Source: Perna viridis
Lineage: Eukaryota
Length of the DNA: 64,000 nt
Direction: 5' to 3'
Assembly: GCA_037379345.1 (NCBI GenBank)
Contig: CM074511.1
Coordinates: 23,002,001 to 23,066,000 of the forward strand
Of this stretch, positions 1 through 12,371 are shown in pieces (within the stretch, counting starts at the first letter, position 1; the number at the start of each line of letters is the position of its first letter). Made by a program: the position numbers and the translations under genes. Below the pieces are notes generated by a model. It saw nothing but the letters and a program-made list of their open reading frames with translations, did not search any database and was not told the origin of the DNA.

Positions 1-722
1 CATGCGTATGTACACAATATTGCTGCATATGGCAATTTTTCAATGAAACCCACAGAAATATTTACACAGTTCGTACAACAGCCAATCAGATTAAGACTTG
101 ACGTACCAAATCAATCTGTCGCTTGTGCTCATGCGCAGATTTAACGAGTTCGTACTATAAGCGGGTCATAAGGTGGTGAATATAAGTTCCATGTTGATTT
201 TTTTGAATTTCAATAGCTAAGTCCACTTAGTTGAAAAAAAACAAATCATGTATATCAATAGGAATACACATGTAGTTTAAAACAGTGCTGTACAGGCGGT
301 TATGTAAGTTTATTAGACATCCTTAACTTCTATAAATCCAGTATCCATCTCCGAACTTTACTCAATAACAAGGAAAATACGACTGTTATACCTACATGTA
401 TTACTTAATTTAAAAAAAGATATAAGTAATGGCTGCAAAATATATGAAATCGAAGAACATGTAGTTCTATGACATAAGAAAATATGGAATTCATAGGAAC
501 ACGACAATAGATTTATAAAATTTTGTAGATACAAATTATGTAAACATAATTAAACTTGAAAAGAAATAACACATCGTAAAATATCTTAGAAAAAAATGAA
601 AATAGATAATAATTTGAAAGCAAACGAGAATAGCGAAGTGAAATAGAATGAAAACATTAGTATTGTTATGACTCAAAATTGAACGATAAAGGCTCGCAGA
701 TATAAATTAATAACTTTTTCAT

Positions 723-1121
723 TTATAACTGGCCAATTTTCTCTGTTTCCTCCAACTGGTCAGTCCAGCTTGTGCTGCTCATTTGATCATACATATCTTC
801 TAGTGGATAAACGGCCTCCACTTGGTCTGCCCAACTGATACCAACAGAGTAAGCACCAACATCTGCAAGACCTTTTTCGAGAGCGCCTTCTTTCTCTGTT
901 TGCTCTGCACGCTCGACTTGGTCTGCCCAACTAAATGTTGCATCTCCATTATTACCTTGAGCATTTAAGTTGTTCAATTCAGACTCATCGTTGCTACCAA
1001 GGCTGCCGTTCTCGGTATTAGTTTTGCCCGTTTCCAACTCCATTGCTTCTGTACAAAACTTTTCTGTCATGCTTAATCGGGTATCGAGTGTACCGTTTTC
1101 CTCCTTACGCCTCTTTTTCAT
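723..1121 (-). pseudogene. Still-open 3' end of the orphan gene's last exon: acidic low-complexity tail with three S-W-[AT]-D-Q-[VL]-E motifs
   Basis: ORF track 132 aa contains FSWADQVE, ISWADQVE and TSWTDQLE. The homologous stop (GQL*) is retained in all three copies. Confidence 0.6.
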
Positions 1122-1255
1122 CGGCCCATTTCAAGATTATGCTATCAAGTTCCTCAGTATAAGCTGCATTAGCCCTTTCTGTCCAACTCAACCTTTCAAT
1201 GGAGAACCATCAGGGTTGTAGTAGACAAGTTCATCAAAACATAAATTAGGGGATT

Positions 1256-1383
1256 TAAGGCGATTAGTAAGAACGTCTGATCGTTTCAATCGTATATTCA
1301 AGAAGCCATGGTAGGACGTCAACATAGTGTGACGTTACATAAATTCCGCGTAAATCTACTAACGTTACATACAACTTCGGACA
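1256..1383 (-). repeat. 3' LTR of the BEL element (outer end truncated)
   Basis: Direct repeat of 6913-7042 with about 9 substitutions and a 2-bp indel. Begins with TG on the minus strand at 1383; the outer ~23 bp are missing. Confidence 0.9.
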
Positions 1384-1397
1384 TTCTCTGGGCCGCG
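1384..1397 (-). other. Polypurine-tract-like plus-strand primer site of the BEL element
   Basis: Minus strand CGCGGCCCAGAGAA directly abuts the TG start of the 3' LTR, resembling the short GC/purine-rich PPTs of BEL elements. Confidence 0.6.
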
Positions 1398-1482
1398 CAA
1401 AGTAAATTATCATTTAATATTCACAATTATACAATAGAAATAAAGAAAACTTCAACGTCCATGAAATAATAAAACTTGAATC

Positions 1483-4400
1483 TCACTTTCTTTTACCATT
1501 GGTCCATACTTTTGTCTTCTGAATGGCATCACATTTCGTCTTCCGTGGTAGATTGCGCCTTCCGTGTTCATATGAAGATCGCTCATCCCAGTTTGACGTT
1601 CCTGTACTTTGCCGTCCGTTGTCGGGCAAAGAAATGTTCGTTAAATTATCGTTAACGTTGATCTGCAACGGGTACGGTCTGCTGGTGGGTCTCGTCGTGA
1701 ATCCCGTTCTCGTTCGAATGACGGCTGATCTTCCGACATCGTCTCCTCCAAAGTTTAGTTCCTCAACGATAGCTAGTGTCCATTTATTTCTCGGGGAATC
1801 GTCTTGCACTTGCACAACATCACCTTTACGTATCGTGGTGATGCTTCTCCCGGCATTACGCTGGTATTCTCAAAGTGAAGTGAGGTAGTCGTGCTTCCAT
1901 TTGTTCCAAAAATGTTTCAATAATAATATCTTGCGAACAAACATCATTTAACGTTTCGTAGTTTAAAGTCTCTATATTGAAGTCTCTATCATCTCCGGGG
2001 TATGGAAGGGAAGAAATGCGTCTTCCATACAACAATTTCGACGGAGTTAACGGGTCGTCTAGTGGGTCCGATGATACACACGTAAGCGGACGGTCGTTTA
2101 GGATGGTTTCCACTTCGATAACTATTGTTTGAAGTTTTTCGAGGCTGATTAACGAGCGTCCAAAGATCTTTTTGATACAGTTCTTAGTTAATCCTATCAT
2201 ACTCTCCCAGTATCCTCCAAACCACGGGGCTCTTTTCGGGATGAATTTCCACACGTTTGCAAAGTTACTTAGTTTTTCCTGAATTGCGGAAAGTCCTTTC
2301 ATCTGTTGCGGTGCAGCCACAAGCGTTGTCAGACATAATCGTTTCCGGCATTGATCTCCTGCTGGCAAATCTGCGGAACGCCAACATAAATGATTCCTCG
2401 GTCAGAGCGGTAACTACATTTTTTTTTGTACCTCGGGATGCACTGCACGGGTACTAGCGCATGTAAGAAGACATATATAGACCTTTTTGATATCTCTGTC
2501 GGTTGATCTCACATTCAGTGCACCTGTAAAATCTACCCCTGTGACTGAAAAGGGGGTGATTCATTGAGTCTATTGCAAGGCAACGGTGGTGGATCTCCAG
2601 TTTTGTACGAGTGTCCAGTCAGTTTTCTATAAGTTACCCACTTGTGTAGAATTCCTTTAACGACTTGACGGATAGACGGTATCCAGTAGTGTTGGCGCAA
2701 TTGTGTGACGGTGTCTGACAATTCTGCGTGACAATGTTGCTAATGTGCATTACTATTAATTCTGTGATTTTGTCCTTTTTCGGTAGTAGTAACGGAAACT
2801 TTGCGGTAAGCTCTATTGGTGCATTGTGTATGCAGCCTTCACAACGTATCAAATTTTCACCATCCAAGTAAAGTTTGAGCTGCCGGAGTAAACAGTTACG
2901 TTTTAATTCTGTTTTGATTGTCTCTAAGGTGTCCGGGAAGCATCTCATTTGTGTGTCTCGTATCCATGTTGAAGCAGCATGTCGTAAACTCTCTGTAGTA
3001 AGACTGACGTTCGTCCTTCTGCCTGTTTTGCAGACATTAATGAAAATTTGTACATATGCTGTAACACGTAGAAGTTTCTTGAATGAGCTAAATCAGCTGA
3101 CATCAATGATCCTATGTACTCCAAAATTCGTTTCATCGTACTTTATGACCTTGTGAACATCCACTTGTATTTCAACATAGAAAATTGTTGACAGTATTTT
3201 GGCTTCCTCAATCAAAGTTTCATTCCATATTGGCCAGTCGGTTCGGCAAGTGTTCCATAATGCGTTATCATTCAGCTTGTCCGCGGATAATCCACTTGTC
3301 AACAAATCGGCCGGGTTTGATTCAGTCGGGCAATATCTCCATTTCCATTCTTCAGTAAGGTGTTTTATCTCCGTTACTCGATTGACAATGAAGGTTTTAG
3401 CGTTTTCGTTGAATTTAACCAGCTTAGTACGATTTGGCTGTAGCTCCATAGCACAGGTTTTTCATGCCTAGAGTATTTACGGTCTACTCTCTAGTACGGC
3501 TGCCATGAGCTCCAATCGTGGTATAGTCTGTGTTTTCAGTGGGGCCACTCGGTTGCGTGCCATCATGAAACAACTTATATTGTAACTATGTAAGCGAATG
3601 CTCCATATGCTTTTGTGCTTGCATCAACGAATAAGTGTACAGTTCCATCTGTGTTTCTCTCGGTCTTAAAGAAGTATCGCTGAACTTTGACCTTTGATGC
3701 CTCTTGGATGTCGTGTTTGATTCCTATTCACTCTTTACTCATGTTGTCAGGTAATGGCGCGTTCAATTCTAGTTTCTTCTCCCATAGAGCCTGAAGAAAT
3801 ATCTTGCTTCGTGCTGTAACTGGGCTGATTATGCCGAGTGGGTCGTAACTTTTCGATGATTCGCTTAATACTTCTCGTTTTGTTGGATTTTCATCTGAGT
3901 TACTTATGAATGGCATAAATCCTAGAGTATCGTCTCGTGTGTCCCATAACAAGCCAAGTGTTTTGATGGTTGTACTTTTGTCCTGAACTTTCTGAGCATT
4001 AGCAAGTTTCATCAATTCTTCACTGTTTGATTCCCACGATCGTAGATTAAATCCACCATTTGCGAAAAGATTTCATGTTTCGTTGACATAACTCGACAGT
4101 TCATTTTCTGTATCAAAGCTTGATATGATATTGTCCTCGTATAAATCGTCGAAAATACGGTCTGTAATACTGGAACGGTTTTCCTTCAGATGTTTGGACA
4201 AAACTGCGTCCAGTACGAAGTGGGGGGCGGGGGGGGTACGTTGCCCCGAATAACACAGCTCTGAAACGGTATGTTGATAGTTGACTGTTTGGATCAGTTG
4301 GATTCTCTAACCAGAAAAATCGTGTGACATTGCGGTCTTCTTTGTCCAGTCCAACATTCAAAAAGGCTTTCTTGATGTCTGTTGATGCACCGTACTTGTG

Positions 4401-6861
4401 CATCCTGAATCTAAAAATAATTGATGTATCGTTTAGTTTTGGTGGGACATCTTGCAGACATTCATTTAGGCTAGCGGAATTCGGAATTTGTTTGCAGTTA
4501 CAGTCATACACTATCCTCATGGGCGTAATTGTAGAGTCCTTTTGACGGGGTGATGGGAAATGTAGTGTAGCATTGTAGGTTGATCTTCGTTGTTTTCATC
4601 TACTCTTTCAATGAATCCACGGTTGAGCTGTTCTTGGATGATCTCTCCATACTTTTGTAACAATTTCGGTTCTTTACTTAAACGTCGGATTACGTTTTCT
4701 GTTCTTCGCTAAGCGATAATCTTGTTTGTGGGTAGTGCAGGGTGGTCTGACTTCCATGGAAGTTTAACGACATGTTTGTTCTCGTCGTAGGTTCTGCTAG
4801 TCTTGTCGTATTCGTCTTGATATACATCTCGTTTTGTTTTCTCATTTCCGGTCTCGTTCTTTAACTCCTAAGGATTCCAATTCCCGGAATCTCTCAAGAT
4901 TGCATTCTTCTAGTTTGTGTGAAATCAATACGTTGAAAAACTGAGCTGTTTGTTGATTTTGTAGCGTCCGTAATAAGTCCTGATAGCAAAAAGCCTATTT
5001 TGGATTCAACTGCGGTAGGTCCGTTACTTCGTATGATTTTGTTTCCAGCGATTTGCCAATAGTAGTCAGCTCCAATTAAGAAGTTGATGTTGCTCTAAGG
5101 TGTTTCATGTTTACGACGGATTTGATGTGCGTTTGGATTGGGACGGCACACGCTTATCGGAATTTTCCCGCCATCACTGGTTTGTAAGTCAACGTTGGCT
5201 TTCTTCAAGTGTCAGACTTGTCCGCTTTGTTGTATCACTTCGGTTCCTGTGCTTTGTAACTTAAGTTTACTTGCAAAATCCTCTGATTTGCACCCTCGTC
5301 TAGTAAGATTTTTGCGTCGGCGGAATATGCACCTGACTTCACTGCAGCTACGGCGGTTTCCAACATTACGGTCGATGTTCTCTGTTGGGCGAATGATGAG
5401 TGAAGAACGGTATTCTCCTGCTCCTGTGGTTTCGGTTAAGTGGTCTCATTTTTCGTACATAGACTGGTATGATGACGTTTATCACACTTTCGGCATTTTA
5501 TGTTTGACCTGCATTCGCTGTTTTTGTGGTTGCCAAGGCAATTAAAGCAAAGTTTCTTTTTCTCGACAATATCCATGTGTAATTCAGCACTTGTGAATTT
5601 CGTACAGTTGATAGCAAAATGTTCTGGGTCTTCACAGAACGTACATAGCTTTGGGCTTCTCTTTGAGTCATTTCTGCTATGATCGGGTTTTCTTTCCCTC
5701 GGGCTTCGGCCTCGGTTTCGTGTGAGTGAGGAAAGTAGCGGTCGCTAACCGGTCTTCATTGCGAAGTTTCTCAAGTTTCTGTCCTGCCTCTAACACATTT
5801 ATCTCGTCGTAAATTGCATGGCGGAAATCATTCAGAGTCCAATTTGTGGATTTGCGTATTCTTGCTAGGCTTTGACAAACTTCTGTCGGCAGTTTATCCA
5901 AAATTACGGGGACAAGTAGTGATCCTTATGACTTATTGGTTTGGCCTAGCGATTCAAGTCCTCGGACATATGTCGCTGTTTGATCGTAGAAGTTGCGTAG
6001 GCTTGATAAGGAATACATAGGAGCGGGAATTTTGAGTAACGCTTGCATGTATGTTTGTACCATCTTGTAGTTTTGTCCGTACCTTTCATGTAGAAGTGAA
6101 ATTGCCTTGTCATAGTTTGCATTCGTTAATGCGAGTCCTGTGATTGTGCGTCTGCCTCATCTTGTAAAAGTGACTTCAAATTTTTGAACTTTTGGACTTC
6201 ATTTAGAGTAGGGTTTGAGTGGACTGCGGTGTCGTAAGAGTCCCAGAAGGCTGCCCAATTCAAAATATCTCCAGCCAGCGAAGGTAGGCAAATTCAATTT
6301 CGGCAATTTGTGGTACTCGCTATATGTACTACGTAATGTACTGCTTGTAGAACGGGCGTGCATACTGTGGGCGGGCATGACATGTTGGTGACTGGATTTG
6401 TGGGTGCGTGATTCATACATGTACTTGCGGACGGGTTGTGTTGATCAAACAGGACATGCATGCATGTACTTGTAGATGGATTGTTCGTAGTATTTTGACA
6501 TTGATCATCTGGTTTAAAGCTAGTAGCTTCTGAGTTGAGTGTTTGAGTTTCCGTTGGTGTTGGGCGATTAGCGTTCTTGTACGTTTCAAGCAAATCGGTA
6601 ATCTCTCGTCACTTAAACTCTAACTCATAGGCATACTCACCTGCGTCTTCGAGTTCCTGCGCTGCGTCGTCCTCCAATGTCAAATCCAGAATTTGTCCAT
6701 TAAGTTCCTCGAGAATTTCCTTCTTCTTGTTCACAGTCAACCGTTATTGAAAGTTCTCTCAATGTCACTTCTCCGTTCTTTCGAATGTCCTCGAATCGTT
6801 TGAAAGTTATCGTCAGTATCCCTCAGTGTCCTGCCCGGACGGCTTTCAACTAAGGATCCAT
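1483..6861 (-). pseudogene. BEL/Pao gag-pol polyprotein, heavily frameshifted
   Basis: Starts MDP*LKAVRAGH*G at 6861. ORF-track fragments 6199-6420, 5677-5901, 4113-4520, 3728-4015, 3093-3449, 2634-2948, 2533-2721, 1856-2368 and 1483-1815 are successive pieces of one BEL polyprotein. Confidence 0.9.
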
Positions 6862-6870
6862 TGCGTTTTA

Positions 6871-6888
6871 ATCCTGGTCACGGCACCA
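6871..6888 (-). other. Primer-binding site complementary to the tRNA-His(GUG) 3' end
   Basis: Minus strand TGGTGCCGTGACCAGGAT lies immediately inside the 5' LTR and matches the invertebrate tRNA-His 3' end ...ATCCTGGTCACGGCA-CCA. Confidence 0.9.
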
Positions 6889-6889
6889 A

Positions 6890-7042
6890 TCTCGTAAATT
6901 GGCGTTTTGGGCTAAGGCGAGTAGTAAGAACGTCTGATCGTTTCAATCGTATTTTCAAGAAGCCATGGTAGGATGTCAACGTAGTGTAACGTTACATAAA
7001 TTCCGCGTATGTCCGTACTAACGTTACATACAATTTCGGGCA
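6890..7042 (-). repeat. 5' LTR of the BEL element (~153 bp)
   Basis: Starts with TG on the minus strand at 7042 and ends next to the PBS (terminal CA not intact). Repeat of 1256-1383. Confidence 0.88.
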
Positions 7043-9339
7043 GGAGTCAGCAGTCCAAACTTGATTCACCAGCCTCTGTTGCTTCGAGTTCTTCTGTACA
7101 GCTGAAATCTCCAGCTACTTTAAAGAGTTCTATGGGGAACCATCAGGGTTGCAGTAGGCAAGTTCATCAAAGCATAAATTAGGGTGATTTTTCCTCTCTT
7201 TAATGTTTTCTTTGATGGGTTCTATCTTACTTTTGACTTTTGCAATCTCAACATCTACAAATAAAACAGAAATTCGTTGTATAATGCAGAATCAGTAGAT
7301 TTGCTCTGACACACTACGAATTCTCCACTGCGACCTGTGAATGTGGACGTAAAATACAGTGGCCCCACTCGATATTATTAGCCTGACTTCTTTGCCTTTT
7401 GGTTTTTTATAGACCTTATAAGCGGCAATCTATAAGTCAAAACTATTTAAAAACATGTTGAATAATCCTTTTATTTTACTTCTTATAATAAATAATGTTC
7501 GTTTTTTTTTTTTTTTTGGTTAAATGCATAATAGCATACAGTTCTCATGAAATTTTAAAAAAATTCACTCGAAATCAAAGGACCCATGTATATATGCCAA
7601 CCTGACGACCTAAATCTTTGATCAAACCACAAAATATAAGCAAAGAAGGACTATACATGTATGTACTTTTTCCTACAAGTATTAATTTCATATGTGTTTT
7701 GAAATATGTAGGTATGTTCATTTGCTTTTTCCAGTTATGCTAAGAATGTTCACCTCCTGGCCTTGTCATGTCGTATTGCCTTTGTGTATGCTTCATAATA
7801 GATTCGTACATCTTCAGCTCTGAAGAGAAAATAATTATATATTTGTTTAATATGTACTAAATTAAGTACAAAAAGTTAGTTGTATTTGTCTATTTCTAAA
7901 CTGCAAGAATTTCCATTTTTCAAGTTGTGTACAGTTTAGACAGGGTTTTAATTTTTGTTCAGGTAAAACATTCAATCATTCATTCATTTATTCATACATT
8001 CATTGAATATTGATTTTTTTAACGTTGTACGTTCTATAATATATACATGTACATCGTACCTTTCCTTCTGACATTTAATAGAATTTCCATATAGTCACAA
8101 TTAGTTACCACTTTTGCATCTATATTTGATTTGATAATTTTATATGACGGAAACCTTTTCTAACCAAATAGGTCAGTGAAAAACTGAATTTGGTACCCTT
8201 CTTTGTCTTTCTGATGGTTTTAATGGTTTGTTTGATCCAAGTAAGAGACAAGCTACCACCATGATTCACGCCATCTGAATTTTACTGAAGTCGGCAAGAA
8301 TCTGTTAGAGAAACAGAGAAAGGATGAATAGTGAAGGAGAAAAGAGAAAAAAAGCTTTGATTGTAAATAGAATGATGGTGAAGAAGAAAAACGTAGACAG
8401 AATTTAAGAGAAAGAATGAATAAGGCTAGTGGAAAAAAAACGAGAAGAAATTCAGCGAACAACTATTGAAAACTAAGATAAAGAAAAGAAGAAGAGATGT
8501 CTATATAAAAAAATAGATAATGTTTTAGATGTCCTGGAAAGAAAGAAAAAAGTATCATGAAAAGTATAAAAAAAATTTCGAAATTCGAATATGACAATCT
8601 TACATCTGTTGAAACAAAAATTACATGAAAGAGGGAATCTGAGGTAAATGTTAAAACTGGGAGAATGGCTTGACTAAAAGCAAATGACGTCAATTCAGCC
8701 ATCACAGCAGCTGTCTCTTGTAAGAAGCTCGCGTAATCCACGAAATTCTCATCCAAATAAAACTCTCTTTTCCACTTTTGTTTGGAACAGATATTCCGTA
8801 TATTCCATTATGAGTTGGTGTGAAGATAAATCGACTAATCGTAACGGAAACATGCTGCAAAAAAAAAGATAAAAAAGAAAGGTTAATCTGACCAGTGCAT
8901 ATCCTATAAAAGTTTGCAAATACTCAAAATACTAATTTCGTTCTAACCCATGGCTATATGGTGTACATTGAAACCTTTTTTTCTCTAAATGTTTACTGAT
9001 ATTCTTAAATGAGCGTAACAACAAAATTATCGAACACGTATCCGATCCATAATCTGGTAAAGTCTATAACAAATAAGGCAAAATAGATATTACACAACTG
9101 GAGCAGCTGGTACCGCAATGGTCCTGACTTGGTACAGGTATTTCAAACGAAATTGCGGGTTAAATCTAGGTTTTCCAGCCCACTAAACCTCCCTCTTTTA
9201 TTGCGGCGTGAATTGTACCGTGGAGATTAAATCGCATTTGCATGCTATTGCGTCATTATCGGTAAATCAGCGATCACATAGCACAAAAGAATATTTTTTT
9301 CAAAAAAACATCATTACTCATTATTTTAGAAGAAACCGT

Positions 9340-9612
9340 ATTTTTCAACCAAGGACTGATATCTTAAAATGAATTTGATAAAGAGACCTTTTGAGACACA
9401 TTTCTTCATACCCCCGATTCAGGAGTCGGTTACGCAGATATACATGACGTTCAAAGAAATCAGAGTAGTTAGTACTTGCTCTAGCGTAGAGAATCAATTT
9501 GAAAAATAAGCACCGTATGCAGGAGATGAAGGTACATTGCTGCATAGGTACGGAAAATTTATAATATTAAAATTAAAGTCTTTTTTTATCATAAATCTTA
9601 GTGACAAAATAT
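9340..9612 (-). mobile_element. Penelope-like (PLE) reverse-transcriptase C-terminal remnant
   Basis: Frameshifted TKIYDK...(F)SQLI.YARASTNYSDFFERHVYLRNRLLNRGY, the thumb/HTH region typical of PLE-type RTs in molluscs. Confidence 0.7.
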
Positions 9613-12371
9613 AACCGTTTGCAGAGGATATGGAATTCGATCTGTTAACGATAATTTATCTCTATTGACAATGTGACAGTGTGATCATAAAAGCAATGAA
9701 ACCAATAATTCTCGATAATATACATATATTTACATTGTATTGATGTTTAAGCAAATAAGATAAGAAAAGACGAAAATATTCACTGAAACTTTGACAAACA
9801 TTAGCAATATTCATGAGTTAAACGCATTTCTCCTTATGATGTAGCTTGTACATTTTTTCTGGAGATTTTGTTTCCTTTCTACAATTCGTCTAGTGTTTTC
9901 CAAGACTTATCCCAAACGTAAATTTTCGATACAGATATCGAACAATTTCAAGCGTGACTGTATTGAGATGGTAAAATTAAGGGAGACCACCCTAAACAGA
10001 ATGCATTAATTTGGGAATTCAAGTAGACCTACAACAAATCATGAAAAATAAACGAAACACTTTCTTTAAAAAAAAAAAAGTTGAACAAAAAGTTGAATTA
10101 GAATTAGTTTAATATGAAAACAGACCATAAACACTGATTAAAAGAAGGAACAAACTTACTTGTTGAAATTCCTATACACCTGCAAGTTCTACGCCAAGTA
10201 TCTTAAGATTGGTTTTCTCTGCTAGAAACGCTACCTGTTGTGATTGAAGATGTTCTATAGACTTTCGACGTTGATATTTGAGCCTAGCGACGCCACGATA
10301 GACAAGCCTGTCCTAACTAATCGGGAAACAGTTCGGCAAATTCCCTGGAATAAACACATTTCAGTGACATTGAATATGTTTTATGTTTGTATGCTTGTTC
10401 TCGCAATTGTGAAAATTGCATAAAAATCACTGAAGGTAGATCATACCTAATATTTTTTAAAATTAGATAGATTTTCTCAATTTTTCTCGAAGAAAACCAT
10501 GAACGAACAAACTGCAAAATTTTAAGTGCGAAAAACATAGGTCACCGAACCTCATTTCGAGATAATTGAGCCTAAATATACATTTTGTATAGTTATGTAG
10601 AGAATGTTCGCAGTTTCGCTTATTTTTTAAAAACTAATAGATAAAATTCTTCAAAATTTGTATAAAGAACGCTTATTTAATAGTTCAAAAAGAAAATTTT
10701 GGGTCACTGAACTTTTTTCTTGTAGATTTAAAAAAAAAATTCTTTAGAGCATTTTCCCGCCAATTATCTCTCTTTAAAAAGAGGGTTTATAAAGTTTACG
10801 TTTATTATTTTACCATAATTTTATGTACGACTTTGCAAGATGACAGAAAAGAATACTCCGTGGAAACGGTTTGTCCACCTTAAGTGTATGTCTTTGTAAA
10901 AATCAGGCAAAATGGGAAAAAAACAAAAACATGCATGTTAAAAATTCACAAATCTGACAATATAATTTCAGTTAAGGTTGATTTCATTGTGGGTGAAGTA
11001 AAAGGAAACCTGAAATTTTGAACTTTTCCCTCTGCATTACATTTGCATCATTGATATCACGAAACAGATATCTCCAGCAACGTATAGGGTAGATATGTAC
11101 TTCTTTATGAAATTCTGTTGTTTACATTATCAATGAGCTTTGATCATGCTTTCAATTCTCTATGGTGGTAGTGGTAAATTTTTGTTGCAGACAGGTTCCA
11201 TCATTTTAGTTTTGATTGTTTCTTATGTTGTTTTTCCATCTGACAATGTATAAATATTAGGAATTATCATTTTATATTTTATCAAGTTGATGTAATTTTG
11301 TTGAGATAGTCACTCAAAACTAACTAAGCTTTATTAGTGGAAATTGTATTGAGACTTTCAAACTGACTTGCATGTTAAAAAAAAAAACACGCGCAAGCAT
11401 GTTTTCATCGACTATTGTTAGTTTTGTGCCGAAATCCTGTTGGTTATAGTACCTAACTGATCTCCCGCTCTCGCGCATGAACAAAATATGGCTTGAATGG
11501 AAATTTTTCAATGAAACCCACTGAAATATTTTCGCAGTTCGTACAACAGCCAATCAAATTAAGACGACGTACCAATTCAATCTATCGCTCCTGATCATGC
11601 GCAAATTAAATGAATATATTAACGCAGTTCGAAGTTATTTATGTCGTGTTATTTCAGTAGTTATGCGACTTCGTTTAAATATTAATCATGTGTGTAGTTT
11701 GGGAAGCGAGATATTTATATATTATATCAATGATCACAGTAGCACTATTTAAAATGTAAATGAAATGTCGGTACTCCAAACTTTTATTTGCGTTTCAATA
11801 CCTTGTAGTTGACATCGTTTTTAATATCGAGTAATTGGCTTTAAAAGTAGTCGGCAAGTTTTAATTTTATACATCTATATTATTTCCATAACATTTGTCA
11901 GCATTTTTCTTTAAAAGAAAGAGTGATATCCCGTGGTACCATCCCTCGATGTCTATAGGAATATTTTAAAACAATTTTCCATGAGGTTATGTAAGTGTAC
12001 ACTGCGTAAATGTCTTTGAAGAAAGTTAAGTATTAATATTTTGTTTAGTATTAGATATCCTTAACTTCAAATATTTCAATATCCATCTCCGAACTTTACT
12101 TGATATGAAGTCAAAGTACATTTGTAGTTATAAGACATAAGAAAGTATGGAATTGATAGGAACGCGACAATGAATTAATGGAAATTTGTAGAAACTAATG
12201 TTAAAAAAATACTTTAACTTGAAAAGAAATGACATTGAAAAATATATTTTTTTTAAAAAGAAGAAATCAGATTATGAATTGAAAGCAAACGAGAATAGCG
12301 AATTGATAAAGTATGGATAAGACTTATAATTGAATAAATAGAGTCACAGATATAAATTGTTTACTTTTTAT

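Larger units (their letters stand above)
1256..7042 (-). mobile_element. BEL/Pao LTR retrotransposon, near full-length, decayed
   Basis: Paired LTRs (1256-1383, ~6890-7042), tRNA-His PBS and PPT. Minus-strand domain order: gag (LPKLNLPTFAG, DUF1759-like; Cys/His knuckles ~5450-5650), protease (ILLDEGA ~5290-5310), RT (RIVYDC, DIKKAFLNV, LFGAT, YEDN), RNaseH/peptidase A17 (FVDASTKAYG, IPRLELMAA), integrase (GVDFTG, APWFGGYWE), DUF5641-like tail. Confidence 0.95.
723..8854 (-). pseudogene. Degenerate multi-exon orphan gene, copy alpha (C-terminal SWADQVE x3), interrupted by a BEL/Pao element
   Basis: Splice-bounded exon-like blocks at ~8854-8600 (MFPLRLVDLSSHQLIMEYTEYLF), ~8301-8109, ~7820-7600, ~7430-7335 and a last exon from 7254 (acceptor TTGTAG|ATGTTG) to the stop at 723. 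The blocks are conserved in paralogous copies at 12.4-14.6 kb and 26.2-29.0 kb, with third-position differences (CCG/CCT, ATA/ATT, TAT/TAC, TTC/TTT) supporting a former reading frame. Multiple stops and frameshifts. Possible further exons at ~9.8-10.3 kb. Confidence 0.6.
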
